Shown piece by piece: positions 28,081-39,430 of a DNA stretch of 64,000 bases (within the stretch, counting starts at the first letter, position 1; each line of letters begins with the position of its first letter). Source of the stretch: Macrostomum lignano. Taxonomy: Eukaryota. The notes below the pieces were generated by a model. That model searched no databases and had not been told where the DNA came from. It worked only from the letters and a program-made list of their open reading frames with translations. The DNA lies in contig NIVC01000910.1 in the NCBI GenBank assembly GCA_002269645.1, positions 322,944 to 386,943 on the forward strand, read 5' to 3'. The position numbers and the translations under genes were made by a program.

Positions 28081-29209
28081 GGAGAAGAGAGGCCCCAAAA
28101 GAATCCCAATGGAGCTGCTCCCTGCTCAGGCAAACTATTGCTCAGCATATTTAGCACTCGAAGAGGGTCCGCAGCTCCCTCAGGAGGGGACTGTTGCCCT
28201 CCCCCACAAGCTCCCTGGAGGCAGTGGTGGGCCAGCCCAGCCAACTCCCGCTTGATAAAGTGCCGAATGCGACTTTTCCGTCAGAATTTGATTCAACTCA
28301 ATCCTGCTTAAAAAAACCTTTGATACCTACCACTATATATTAAGAGTGAGAGCTTGGAAATCAATCGAGAAAACTTGGCCCAACTTGAATGCTTAAATAA
28401 AGATAGTGAAGGCAATAAGGATTTGGATTTGCTGAATTGCGATTCTTTCTTGCGCTCAAATTGCACTTTTAACTGTTTCTTAGCCTCAGAAACTGCACTG
28501 CAGCCGCCTCTGCTCTCAGTCCTGTAACTGTGACTGTCTACGCATCTCTGCCACTGCCAAGAGCTGCCATCCACACTGAATGCATCGAGGCGGGATTAGC
28601 ATGCAAATTGAGACAAGTAATTCCCTCTACATGTAGTCAACCGCCTGTCTGCCTGTCTGTTTATCTCTTCTTAGAATTTTTCTCTCAATGTCTTTCGATT
28701 ATTTTGCATCGATGTTTAATCCAAAGCAGATTAGGGCTGGTGGCAGCTAATGGAGGGAATTTAGACAAAAAACACAAATTTCTGCCCCTGGCTACTAGAT
28801 ATGGCCTATTAATGAGCGTTTTATTGACCTTGTCAAATGAGAGCTTTAGCTAACAAATAAATTAGCTAGTTAACGGGAAATTCTCTGCCCAAACACTTCA
28901 CATTCCATCGCGCCTAAGTCAACACCAGCAGCTCATTAGAGCCGTCAACTAGCGTTTCTTTTTCTTAGAAAAAGTCCTATTCCCAGGTTTTCTACTGTAA
29001 GTAGCAGTACAGAATTCCGAGAGCTTTTTTAGCTGGAGTTTTCATTTTTTTAGAACATACAAGCGGTGTGGAGAATTGGGATTTTTTCCTAACATTTTTT
29101 ATATCTTTTCAGTGAAGATATAACACATAAGCTCGCACGTGTGATTCTAGAATCCGTCACTCTATTCTATCTGACCGTAAGAATTCTGTCACTCCTAGCT
29201 CGTATCTAT

Positions 29210-29589
29210 GGGATTGTAAGGATCTGTCACACCATTCCGAGGGATTGTAAGGATCTGTCACACCATTCCGAGGGATTGTAAGGATCTGTCACAGCATTCC
29301 GAGGGATTGTAAGGATCTGTCACAGCATTCCGAGGGATTGTAAGGATCTGTCACACCATTCCGAGGGATTGTAAGGATCTGTCACAGCATTCAAAGGCAT
29401 CGTAAGGATCTGTCACACCATTCCGAGGGATTGTAAGGATCTGTCACCATTCCGAGGGATTGTAAGGATCTGTCACCATTCCGAGGGATTGTAAGGATCT
29501 GTCACACTATTCCGAGGGATTGTAAGGATCTGTCACAGCATTCAAAGGCATCGTAAGGATCTGTCACACCATTCCAAGGGATTGTAAGA
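29210..29589. repeat. ~31-bp tandem repeat abutting the 5' LTR remnant
   Basis: Unit tgtaaggatctgtcacaccattccgagggat, ~12 copies, joined directly to LTR sequence at 29591. Confidence 0.93.
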
Positions 29590-29802
29590 CTTTGCGTACT
29601 CTGTGTACATCGTTGCTCATTCACTATTCCCTCGTGCATGCCTTATCTCTGTCACCCACCCCAATGCTATGCTGCGATGCTTATTAATGTGTTTTCTGAT
29701 CTTAGGTTGACTTCAATAAACTTTTGTCACAACTGAGAGCTAAAGCGATTGACTTTCACTTGGCGTCGCAAGCAGGATAGCGCACGCCTGCATACTGCCA
29801 GA

Positions 29803-32151
29803 ATGTCGATTAAGATTCGCGATCAACTGCCTTTGGATAATGTGGACGAACTGCGAGCCTGGGTAGAAGTGTTCGACGCTCAGGCAAGGTCCAAAGGAGT
29901 CAAAGACGAGGGGAACAACCTCGGCCTGACAGACGCATTTCTAGGATCGCTGGGCGTAAGTCAATTTATGAAGGTGAAACAGCTGGTTGCTCCAAAGAAG
30001 ATCGCAGGAATGCTGTGGGAGGACATCAAGAAAAGTCTTTTCAAGTATCTGGAGCCCAAGAAGAGGCTTCTGATAGCCGAGAGGACAGCATTCATGGCCA
30101 TGAGACAAGTCGATGGAGAGACTGTGGCCGGCTTCACTGCCAGATTGCGAGAACAGGCCATGGTTTGCGAGTTCGAGAAGTTCAAGGAAGAGCAGGCGGA
30201 CCCGGCTGAGCAGCTGATCAAGATGCGCCTCATCGCTGGCCTAGTTAGCCAGGACACGAGAAACAAGGTTCTGGAGCGTGAGATGACGCAAGAGCTGACT
30301 GTAGATCAGATCACTGAGTTTGTTCAGCAGCTGCAACTGGTCAACGACTTCACGACACCAACATCGGCAGCTCAGAACATCGGAGCATCAACTCAGCCAG
30401 CTGTGCATCAGGCGGTGTCACAAGAGCTGGAGCAGCAATCGGCTCACACCGTTCACCAGTTCAAGGGCAAGTGTGGAAGATGCGGCTTGGCTCAGCATCG
30501 TAACGTGTCAGAATGTCGGGCCCTGAAAGCTGCTTGCCACAAGTGCGGAAAGCAGGGACACTTTGCCAGGGCATGTCGCAGCACCGCCAAGGCGCACTTC
30601 ACGGAGCCCGAAGCCAACCCGGATGAAGCTGTGTTTTTCTGCACTGAAGGCAAGCCAGCTGATTTCTGCTTTGTGAAGATCAACGGTAAGCTGGTAAAAA
30701 TGGAGAGGGACAGTGGCGCCTCCTGCTCATTGATCTCCAAGAAAATCTGGATCGACCTTGGAAGACCAGCACTCAAGAAGCCGAAGTCACGCATGCTGTC
30801 ATATGATGGTCACGTGATGAGACAGCTTGGCCTCCTACAGTGCTTGGTGGAGACTGAAGGCAACAACGGGAGATTTGCGACAATGGAACTCCCGGTGATA
30901 GACTGTCACCAGCAATTCGGTCTCCTGGGCCGGAATCTGCTAAGCAGCCAGCAGATGCATCATTTGGAGGAGGTGAACAACAAATATCTGAAGTTGGCTG
31001 GAATCAAGGGCGCGGTTGGAGAGATCCGACTCAAGTCCAGCGCCGAGCCAGTGTTTCAACCGGCCCGTGAGCTTCCCATGGCATTGAAACCGCTAGTGAA
31101 GAAGGAACTCGACCTAATGGAGGCGGCTGGAATTGTTGAGAAAGTGAACTCATCGGAGTGGGGCAGCCCGATCGTGGTCACCGTCAAGCCTGGCCGGGAG
31201 ACAGTGAGGATCTGCGGCGACTACACCACCGTCAATCAGCTGATACAAGGCCAGACGTATCTAACACCCTCCATTGAGATGGCCTTTTCAAAGGTTGCCA
31301 ACAAGAAGTTCTTCTGTCACCTGGATCTGTCAGACGCCTACTACCAGATTCTCCTGGATGAGCAGTCCAAGGCGGTCACCACCATCAACACCCCGTTCGG
31401 CTGCTACCGCTTCAGCAGACTGCCCTACGGTATCAAGGTGTCACCATCAGTCTTTCAGCGTGAGATGGAGAAACTGATCGGTGAGCATCCGAGTGTTATT
31501 ACTTATCAAGATGATGTGCTGATTGGTGGGAGTTCTACGTTAGAGCTGCAGCAGATCAGGGAAAGTGTCTTGAAAAGACTGCGAGAGGCCAATGTCAAAA
31601 TTAACGAGTCAAAGTGCGTTATGGAGGCTAGCAGCCTGAAGTTTCTTGGGCACGTCATCGATGCGGAAGGCATCAAACCAGACCCAGGGATGGTTGAGAG
31701 AGTGCTACAGGTAGCCAGCCCCAAGAGTAAAAAGGACCTAGAGAAGTTTCTAGGACTTGCACAGTTCTACGGCAGACTGATTCCCAACTTCTCCGAGCGC
31801 TGCCGAGTATTGCATGAGCTGAGGAGGAGCGACAGTGCATTCGATTGGAGCCCGGCAGCCGAGGCTGCCTTTGCCGAAGTAAAAGCATGTCTCGCCTCCA
31901 AGCCGTGTGTCAAGCCATACGACATCAACGCGCCAGTCTGCCTTCGAGTTGATGCTAGTGAAAAATCCATAGGCGCTGTTCTGACTCAAGCAGGTCACCC
32001 AGTGATGTACCTATCGAGGATGCTCACCTCCGCGGAGTCCAACTACTCTAACATTGAAAGGGAAGCACTAGCTATAGTTTGGGCAGTTGAGCGAGCGAAG
32101 AAAATGTTGATCGGGAAAAATTTATCTTGCAAACGGATCATGAACCTCTGA
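29803..32151 (+). CDS. Gag-Pol part 1 (Gag with 2 Cys/His knuckles, protease, RT, N-part of RNase H)
   Basis: ATG at 29803 (MSIKIRDQ). Motifs: CHKCGKQGHFARAC, protease DSGAS, RT VRICGDY / LDLSDAYYQI / LPYGIK / YQDDVL, RNase H VDASEKSIGAVL / YSNIEREALAIVWAV. Confidence 0.88.
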   Translation: MSIKIRDQLPLDNVDELRAWVEVFDAQARSKGVKDEGNNLGLTDAFLGSLGVSQFMKVKQLVAPKKIAGMLWEDIKKSLFKYLEPKKRLLIAERTAFMAMRQVDGETVAGFTARLREQAMVCEFEKFKEEQADPAEQLIKMRLIAGLVSQDTRNKVLEREMTQELTVDQITEFVQQLQLVNDFTTPTSAAQNIGASTQPAVHQAVSQELEQQSAHTVHQFKGKCGRCGLAQHRNVSECRALKAACHKCGKQGHFARACRSTAKAHFTEPEANPDEAVFFCTEGKPADFCFVKINGKLVKMERDSGASCSLISKKIWIDLGRPALKKPKSRMLSYDGHVMRQLGLLQCLVETEGNNGRFATMELPVIDCHQQFGLLGRNLLSSQQMHHLEEVNNKYLKLAGIKGAVGEIRLKSSAEPVFQPARELPMALKPLVKKELDLMEAAGIVEKVNSSEWGSPIVVTVKPGRETVRICGDYTTVNQLIQGQTYLTPSIEMAFSKVANKKFFCHLDLSDAYYQILLDEQSKAVTTINTPFGCYRFSRLPYGIKVSPSVFQREMEKLIGEHPSVITYQDDVLIGGSSTLELQQIRESVLKRLREANVKINESKCVMEASSLKFLGHVIDAEGIKPDPGMVERVLQVASPKSKKDLEKFLGLAQFYGRLIPNFSERCRVLHELRRSDSAFDWSPAAEAAFAEVKACLASKPCVKPYDINAPVCLRVDASEKSIGAVLTQAGHPVMYLSRMLTSAESNYSNIEREALAIVWAVERAKKMLIGKNLSCKRIMNL

Positions 32152-33581
32152 GATATATTTTCAACCCGAGCAAAAGCCTGTCAAAAACAGCGTCAGCTAG
32201 GCTGACTAGATGGGCCTTAAGACTATCTGCATTCGATTACTCTGTGGAATACATTCCAGGAAAGCAGCTGCTGGACGCTGATGCCTTGTCAAGGCTCAAC
32301 TACACTGCAGAAGCCGATGAGGACACGGTGCATCAAGCGGATTCAGTGCTGAGCGCAGATGACTGCGGCGCGTCTGGGCTGGTGACTCAGCAGGAGCTCC
32401 GGGAAGCCACCCTGAACTGCTCGGTGCTGAAGAGACTGCAACAGAGAATCCGAACCGGGCGTTGGGGTCAAGTTTCTCAGGTCGAGCGACCCTTTAAAGC
32501 CTGTAGAACTTCTTTGTCGACTGATAACGGCTTGGTGATCCATGGAACTCGAGTGGTACCTCCAGCAGTGCTTCGTCGGCGGATTCTGGAAGCGGCTCAT
32601 GATGAAGTGCATCCTAGCTTTGAGAGCACTAAGGCCCACATCTGCAAGGAATTCTGGTGGCCTGGATTGGATCGAGATGTGCGACAGTATGTGGAGAGAT
32701 GCCGGACATGCGCTGAGTCCCGCCCACTGTCTAATCGCAAAATCGACATTTGGCCACCGGAGACAACTCCATGGAGCCGCGTCCACATGGACCACTGCGA
32801 AGTCTCCGGAGTCGGCCTGCTGCTGCTACTGTCGGACGCTTACTCAGGCTGGCCTGAAGCCATTCAGGTTCCGGACAAGTCGACGGATACGGTCATGAGA
32901 GTCCTGAGAGCTGTCTTTGCTCGCAACGGTGTGCCGCAAACCTTAGTATCCGACAACGCACCAGAGTTTAAATCGACCCGGCTGTCTCAGTGGCTGGACT
33001 CAATCGGCTGCAGGGAGGTCCACACTCCGCCATATCACCCGGCATCAAACGGACAGGCTAAGCGGCTCGTAAGGAGCCTGAAGGACGGCCTGAGAACTTG
33101 GAACCGAGTTGTCCCATTTCAACAATTTCTGCAGAAGTTGCTCCTGACTGTGAGGACTGGCCGGCCGAGTGGATCTAGACCAGCGTCACCGGACATCATG
33201 ATGTGGGGGAGGAGGCTGCGTCATCCTCTATCAATGCCCGAACAAGTCGGAGATGCCATCTGGCTTCGGATGCGCCCAGAGACCGGACCCGTCAAGGCCA
33301 AGTTCGTGGTTCAGCATGGCCAAAATACTGCTCTGGTGACGCCAACTGATTTGCCATCTGGAGGACTGCGCCTGGCCCACCGCAACCAATGGAGCGACCG
33401 TCCAGAGAATCAGGAGGATGACAGCACTGGCGAGCCTGAGCATCTGCAGCCCCCAGCTGGTACATCCAAGATGGTCGTTCCGGAACCAGCTGATGAGCCA
33501 ACGTTTCAGAACTACAGTGCGAATACTGGTGGGCCTTCCTATGAGCTCCGACCAAGACGTCCGGTCTGCTACAAGTGCTAG
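32127..33581 (+). CDS. Pol part 2 (RNase H C-part, integrase) in the -1 frame
   Basis: TDHEPL...RWALRLSAFDY, HHCC zinc finger (H..HPS...CRTC), catalytic VHMD / LVSDNAPEF / SNGQAKR. The usual Glu of SNGxAER is Lys (AAG at 33060). Confidence 0.85.
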   Translation: MQTDHEPLRYIFNPSKSLSKTASARLTRWALRLSAFDYSVEYIPGKQLLDADALSRLNYTAEADEDTVHQADSVLSADDCGASGLVTQQELREATLNCSVLKRLQQRIRTGRWGQVSQVERPFKACRTSLSTDNGLVIHGTRVVPPAVLRRRILEAAHDEVHPSFESTKAHICKEFWWPGLDRDVRQYVERCRTCAESRPLSNRKIDIWPPETTPWSRVHMDHCEVSGVGLLLLLSDAYSGWPEAIQVPDKSTDTVMRVLRAVFARNGVPQTLVSDNAPEFKSTRLSQWLDSIGCREVHTPPYHPASNGQAKRLVRSLKDGLRTWNRVVPFQQFLQKLLLTVRTGRPSGSRPASPDIMMWGRRLRHPLSMPEQVGDAIWLRMRPETGPVKAKFVVQHGQNTALVTPTDLPSGGLRLAHRNQWSDRPENQEDDSTGEPEHLQPPAGTSKMVVPEPADEPTFQNYSANTGGPSYELRPRRPVCYKC

Positions 33582-34344
33582 TTTGATGGGGGGCAGTGTT
33601 GGACTCTGACTGACTCTGATCTTTTTTGGACTGTGGGCTCTGGGGTTGGTGCTTGGGGTGGGTTATTTGTCTGGTGAGGGTTTGCGTACTCTGTGTACAT
33701 CGTTGCTCATTCACTATTCCCTCGTGCATGCCTTATCTCTGTCACCCACCCCAATGCTATGCTGCGATGCTTATTAATGTGTTTTCTGATCTTAGGTTGA
33801 CTTCAATAAACTTTTGTCACAACTGAGAGCTAAAGCGATTGACTTTCAATAATGTTTAGATTTTCGATAATTCTGAGGTAACTGCAAAACAAGATTGTGT
33901 TTTTCTCGCGCTTTCAGGCCCAAAGTCAAGCGCTTTGCTCAAAGCAAGTTTGCTTTTTCTATTTACGGAAACGCTGAAATCTCCAACAGAATAAATTGGC
34001 TACTGGACAGGAATATGCAACAGACTGAGGGGCACAGAGACGGTGGGGAGAGAGGGTGAGCGAGAGCGTGCTCCAAGGCCATTGTGAAAGCGCAGTTGTC
34101 CCGAGCTGCCACAAAGAGAATGAATTTCCTGAGTGAACCTGACTTGGCAGTGACGTGCGCGACTCTCTTGCTTTTGGGGCCGTCTGTTCTCCACTGTGAG
34201 AATGCTTTCTGAGTGGATATAAATGTATCGCAGCGGCAAGTAATTTCTTGGAGCAGCTTAAAGAGCGCTGAGAGAAAACGCGCTTTAGAAAGGCAGAAGC
34301 GATTTAGAAAGCAAGTATAGCCTTAGGTCAGCATTGTGAGCGAA

Positions 34345-34485
34345 ATGCTGGCCAGCAGATCGGGCGCCATGCCTTCAGGGGGCAACCGCGGCAGCAGCGG
34401 CGGCGGCGGTGGTGTCGGTGGACGGACTACTCATCAGCAGCTGCTGAGGACAGAGACGGTTGATCAGACATTTGACAGGCTGGAG
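34345..34485 (+). CDS. Candidate alternative first coding exon D of DPP6/10-like gene
   Basis: gaaATG. 47 codons, MLASRSGAMPSGGNRGSSGGGGGVGGRTTHQQLLRTETVDQTFDRLE. Phase-0 donor GAG|gtgagg. Paralogous to exon C. Confidence 0.7.
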
Positions 34486-34495
34486 GTGAGGCGCG

Positions 34496-36060
<1,565 letters not shown>

Positions 36061-38420
36061 ACTTGGGTAGCCTTATTTTTCTTTTGGACTTCTATCGCAG
36101 CGCAGTTCGTAGTAAATTCAAGCTCAGTCAGATGACACTCCAATAGCTTACTGTGAGTAGTTCGCTAAGCATCGTATCCGAATTCCCTGCAGTAGCAGCT
36201 TGATCACTCGTTCACCGGGGAGCTATCGCACATCAGCTGATAAGTTCTATCAGCTCGCATATGTGGCTGCAGCATGAGATCGGGGCAGAAGGGGTGCAGA
36301 GACAAACAGGGACAAGTGGGAGCAGGTCTGCAGGCCGTCTTCTCCAACAGTCTGCTCCCCAGCGTCGAGGCCAAATACACTTGTCTCGGGGCGGACAGGA
36401 ACTGATCAATCACCTGGTTGAACAGAACCACCACTTATAGTCATGCATTTTGGGCCAAGGGGCAGGGACGGGATTATTCAGAGATGGGGAGAGGAGCGGG
36501 GAGAGAAGAGAGGGGTTAGGAAAGAAAGCGGATAGAATGAAGGCCCTCAGAGAAAAAAGCTCTGTCAGTCTTTCAGCCCATCTTTCGGTAATCCTTTCCC
36601 TTTCTTAAATTCTGATATCTGCCGCCAAACTGTCTCGGCAGAATGGAAGCCGCTGAGGGATCTAAAGTGCATCAGCTGTATGGGCCAGAAATCCGCAAAC
36701 CCTAAAGAATTTGAGGGCGAGGGTGAAAGCAGCGTTGAGCAGTCCTTCAAGGAGGCCGTTCGTTTTATAATGCGCTCCAGATACCCTTGTCTATCGGTCA
36801 CGTGTTAGCGGCAGGTCTAAGTGGGCGAGATGTAGCTCAGTGTGCGTTAGAATTTCTATCTCGGATTGACGCAAGGGGACGGAGCAACTCTTGCGCCACG
36901 ATCCCTGGTTCGATTCCCTTTATTTTCATTCCATTCCATATTCATTCAAGCTGGCTGTGGGACGAGATGTTGTCGAAGGCGTTTCTGAAAACTGCCGCCC
37001 ATCCAGCTGCTGCAAGCGGCCTTCCGCTTCAGCTGTTCATGGCTCAACTTAAATGCAAAGGTAAAATGTGAAGCCCTAACAGAGCCCAGATGCGTGGTTC
37101 ACTGCTTCAAGTTCACAAAGTGAAAGGTTCACTGCTCTGTTTGATTGCGCATGCCACTGACATCCGGGTTGGCCTTTGTCTATCAGTCACGTTATGTAGT
37201 GGGCAGGCCTAGTCTCGATGCGAACCGAAGCTAAGTAGATTAAGTATAGCTTAATAATACTAACAACTAACTTGCCACCACGAGGTCCAAGATGTGATCC
37301 AAGCGCGGCCTCTAGTGCGCTCTCTGCAGCTATAGTTCAAGCCTCAGTGCCTTGTACCTGCTCAATTCTCTTCTCAATAACTCGCTCCTATGCGGATCCT
37401 TTCTTTCGCCAGAAATTCTCCTGTCCTTGTCTCCCTCTCTCTCTCTCTTAGCCTCTGTTCAGCCTCACTTCTAGCTCTGCTCAGCGGTTCCTTCTCCGTC
37501 TTCGCCTTCACCTCAGTTCCTCCTCCCGTCAAATAATCCCCCACAACCCTCTCCAGGCCGCCCAGCTTTGCACTGATCCTCTGGCCCTGCCTTCTTCCGG
37601 TTTGTTGCCCTCGCCCTCGCCCTCGCCCTCGCCCTCCCCCTGCTCTGCCTATTCTTATCCCATTTTCTCCTTCAAATCCTCTAGTTTTCCCCTTACTACG
37701 CAAAGGAGTCGTTAATACTAGTAGCTGCCGGCTTCACTGGCGCGCGCGATCTCTCTCAAGGCAAAGTTTGAAGGCTTTTCTGGGTAAAGAACACAGAGGA
37801 AGGAGCTGTGGGTGGCCCGCAGGAGGTCTGTTGGCAAGCAAGAAATAAACTGATGATAAATAAAGACAGGAATAGTACGAAGCATCGCTGGAGAAAAACC
37901 GCAGTTTAGAGCTCAGCAAAAAAATGCTGTCATCAACCAGAAAATCTTCTTCCAACCTTTTTCTGCGGCGGCAAAAGTCGGAGAGCTGTTGGGGTTCAAT
38001 TTTGCAACAGCAACAGCAGCAACATGCAGAAGAGGGATCAGCCCTAGTTGCTGCTTTTGCATTTGTTGTCCAACCAGAATTAGGAGGAAGAGAGCGGGCG
38101 AGGAAAGGGGGAGCGAGCGCTGGCAGGCGAGGTCTGGTAGGATAAGAGCCGGTCAGACTGGCATAGCAACAAGAGTGAGGGCTTCTCTTTTACTTCTAGC
38201 AGCTTCCCGAGGCCTCCGTCCTCTCTCTCTTTTCGCCTCAACTTTGCCGACTCAATTTCCTAAGGAAATCCCCCTCTTTATTGTGGCATCCCGCATGCCT
38301 GGACAGTTGGGCACAGTTGGACTGGCTGCCATCTGCGGTTGACACTGAGCGGGCTCGCTTCCCCACAGATCCCAGCCCCAGATCCCGACAGTTGCAGCCA
38401 CCCCTGCTGCCACTGGCGAG

Positions 38421-38462
38421 ATGAGCGAGTCCGAGTACAATGACGACTTGGACGCGGATGAG
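38421..38462 (+). CDS. Candidate alternative first coding exon E of DPP6/10-like gene
   Basis: gagATG. 14 codons, MSESEYNDDLDADE. Phase-0 donor GAG|gtaggg. Confidence 0.6.
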
Positions 38463-38649
38463 GTAGGGGCCTTTCTTAGGCTATCCTATATGTTAATGCT
38501 TTGCCTAGCCAGTGCTAAATTTATATGTTGAGGAGTAAAAATATGATATATTTATTGTACTGCACTCGGCTGCACCCTGTAACAGTTAGAACAGCTATAT
38601 AAGCTGTTAAAAAGTAGACGAAGCAGCGCCTCGTTTTTGAGAATGCGAA

Positions 38650-39065
38650 GAATAGATGAGAAAGAAAAGAGACGAGAGGAGAAGGAGAGAAAAGAGAAGA
38701 GAGAGAAGAGATAGGAGGGAGAGGAGAGATGAGAAAGATAAGAGAGGAGAGATGAGAAAGAAGCAAGGACAGACGGGAGAGAAGAGAGGAGAGATGAGAG
38801 AGAAGAGAGGAGAGATGAGAAAGAAGCAAGGACAGACGGGAGAGAAGAGAGGAGAGATGAGAGATGAGAGATGAGAGATGAGAGATGAGAGAGAAGAGGG
38901 ATATACGAGAGAGAAGAGAGGAGAGATGAGAGAGATGAGAGGATATACGAGAGAGAAGAGAGGAGAGATGAGATGAGAGAGATGAGAGGAGAGATGAGAG
39001 ATGAGAGATGAGAGCGGAGGGAGAGGAGAAATGAGAGAGGAGAGAGGAGAGAGATTTAAGAAGAG
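38650..39065. repeat. Purine-rich low-complexity repeat
   Basis: GAGAT/GAGAG units with internal duplications. A separate (GA)n tract lies at 39364-39445. Confidence 0.88.
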
Positions 39066-39359
39066 GCAGAAGAGGAAGCCCAAGACCTAGACCGGACAAC
39101 TGGGCTAGGGTTTTGCGACCTGTTATGGGTGGACTGCGCGCAACTCAAGTAATCTAAGGGCCCAGTTTTGTTTCTAAGAAAATATGACTCTCAAATCTCC
39201 TCATCACTGCCAAGTAAAATTTGGGGAGCTAAAAAATAAACTGCAATAAAACCTGTAGTTGAGAAACTGTTACAAAAATAACTAAAACTAAAACTAAATA
39301 CAAAGTGCTCTTAGTCATGTCAGCTCAGTCCCCCCCCGAACTGCTGCACAGAGGGAGAC

Positions 39360-39430
<71 letters not shown>

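Larger units (their letters stand above)
29591..33848 (+). mobile_element. Ty3/Gypsy LTR retrotransposon (Mag-like), probably defective
   Basis: Identical 168-bp direct repeats at 29591-29758 and 33681-33848, both ending ...gactttCA. PBS-like tggcgtcgcaagcaggat at 29761. Purine tract gatggggggcag followed by TGTT, so the 3' LTR spans 33597-33848. Internal order is gag, PR, RT, RNaseH, IN. Confidence 0.95.
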
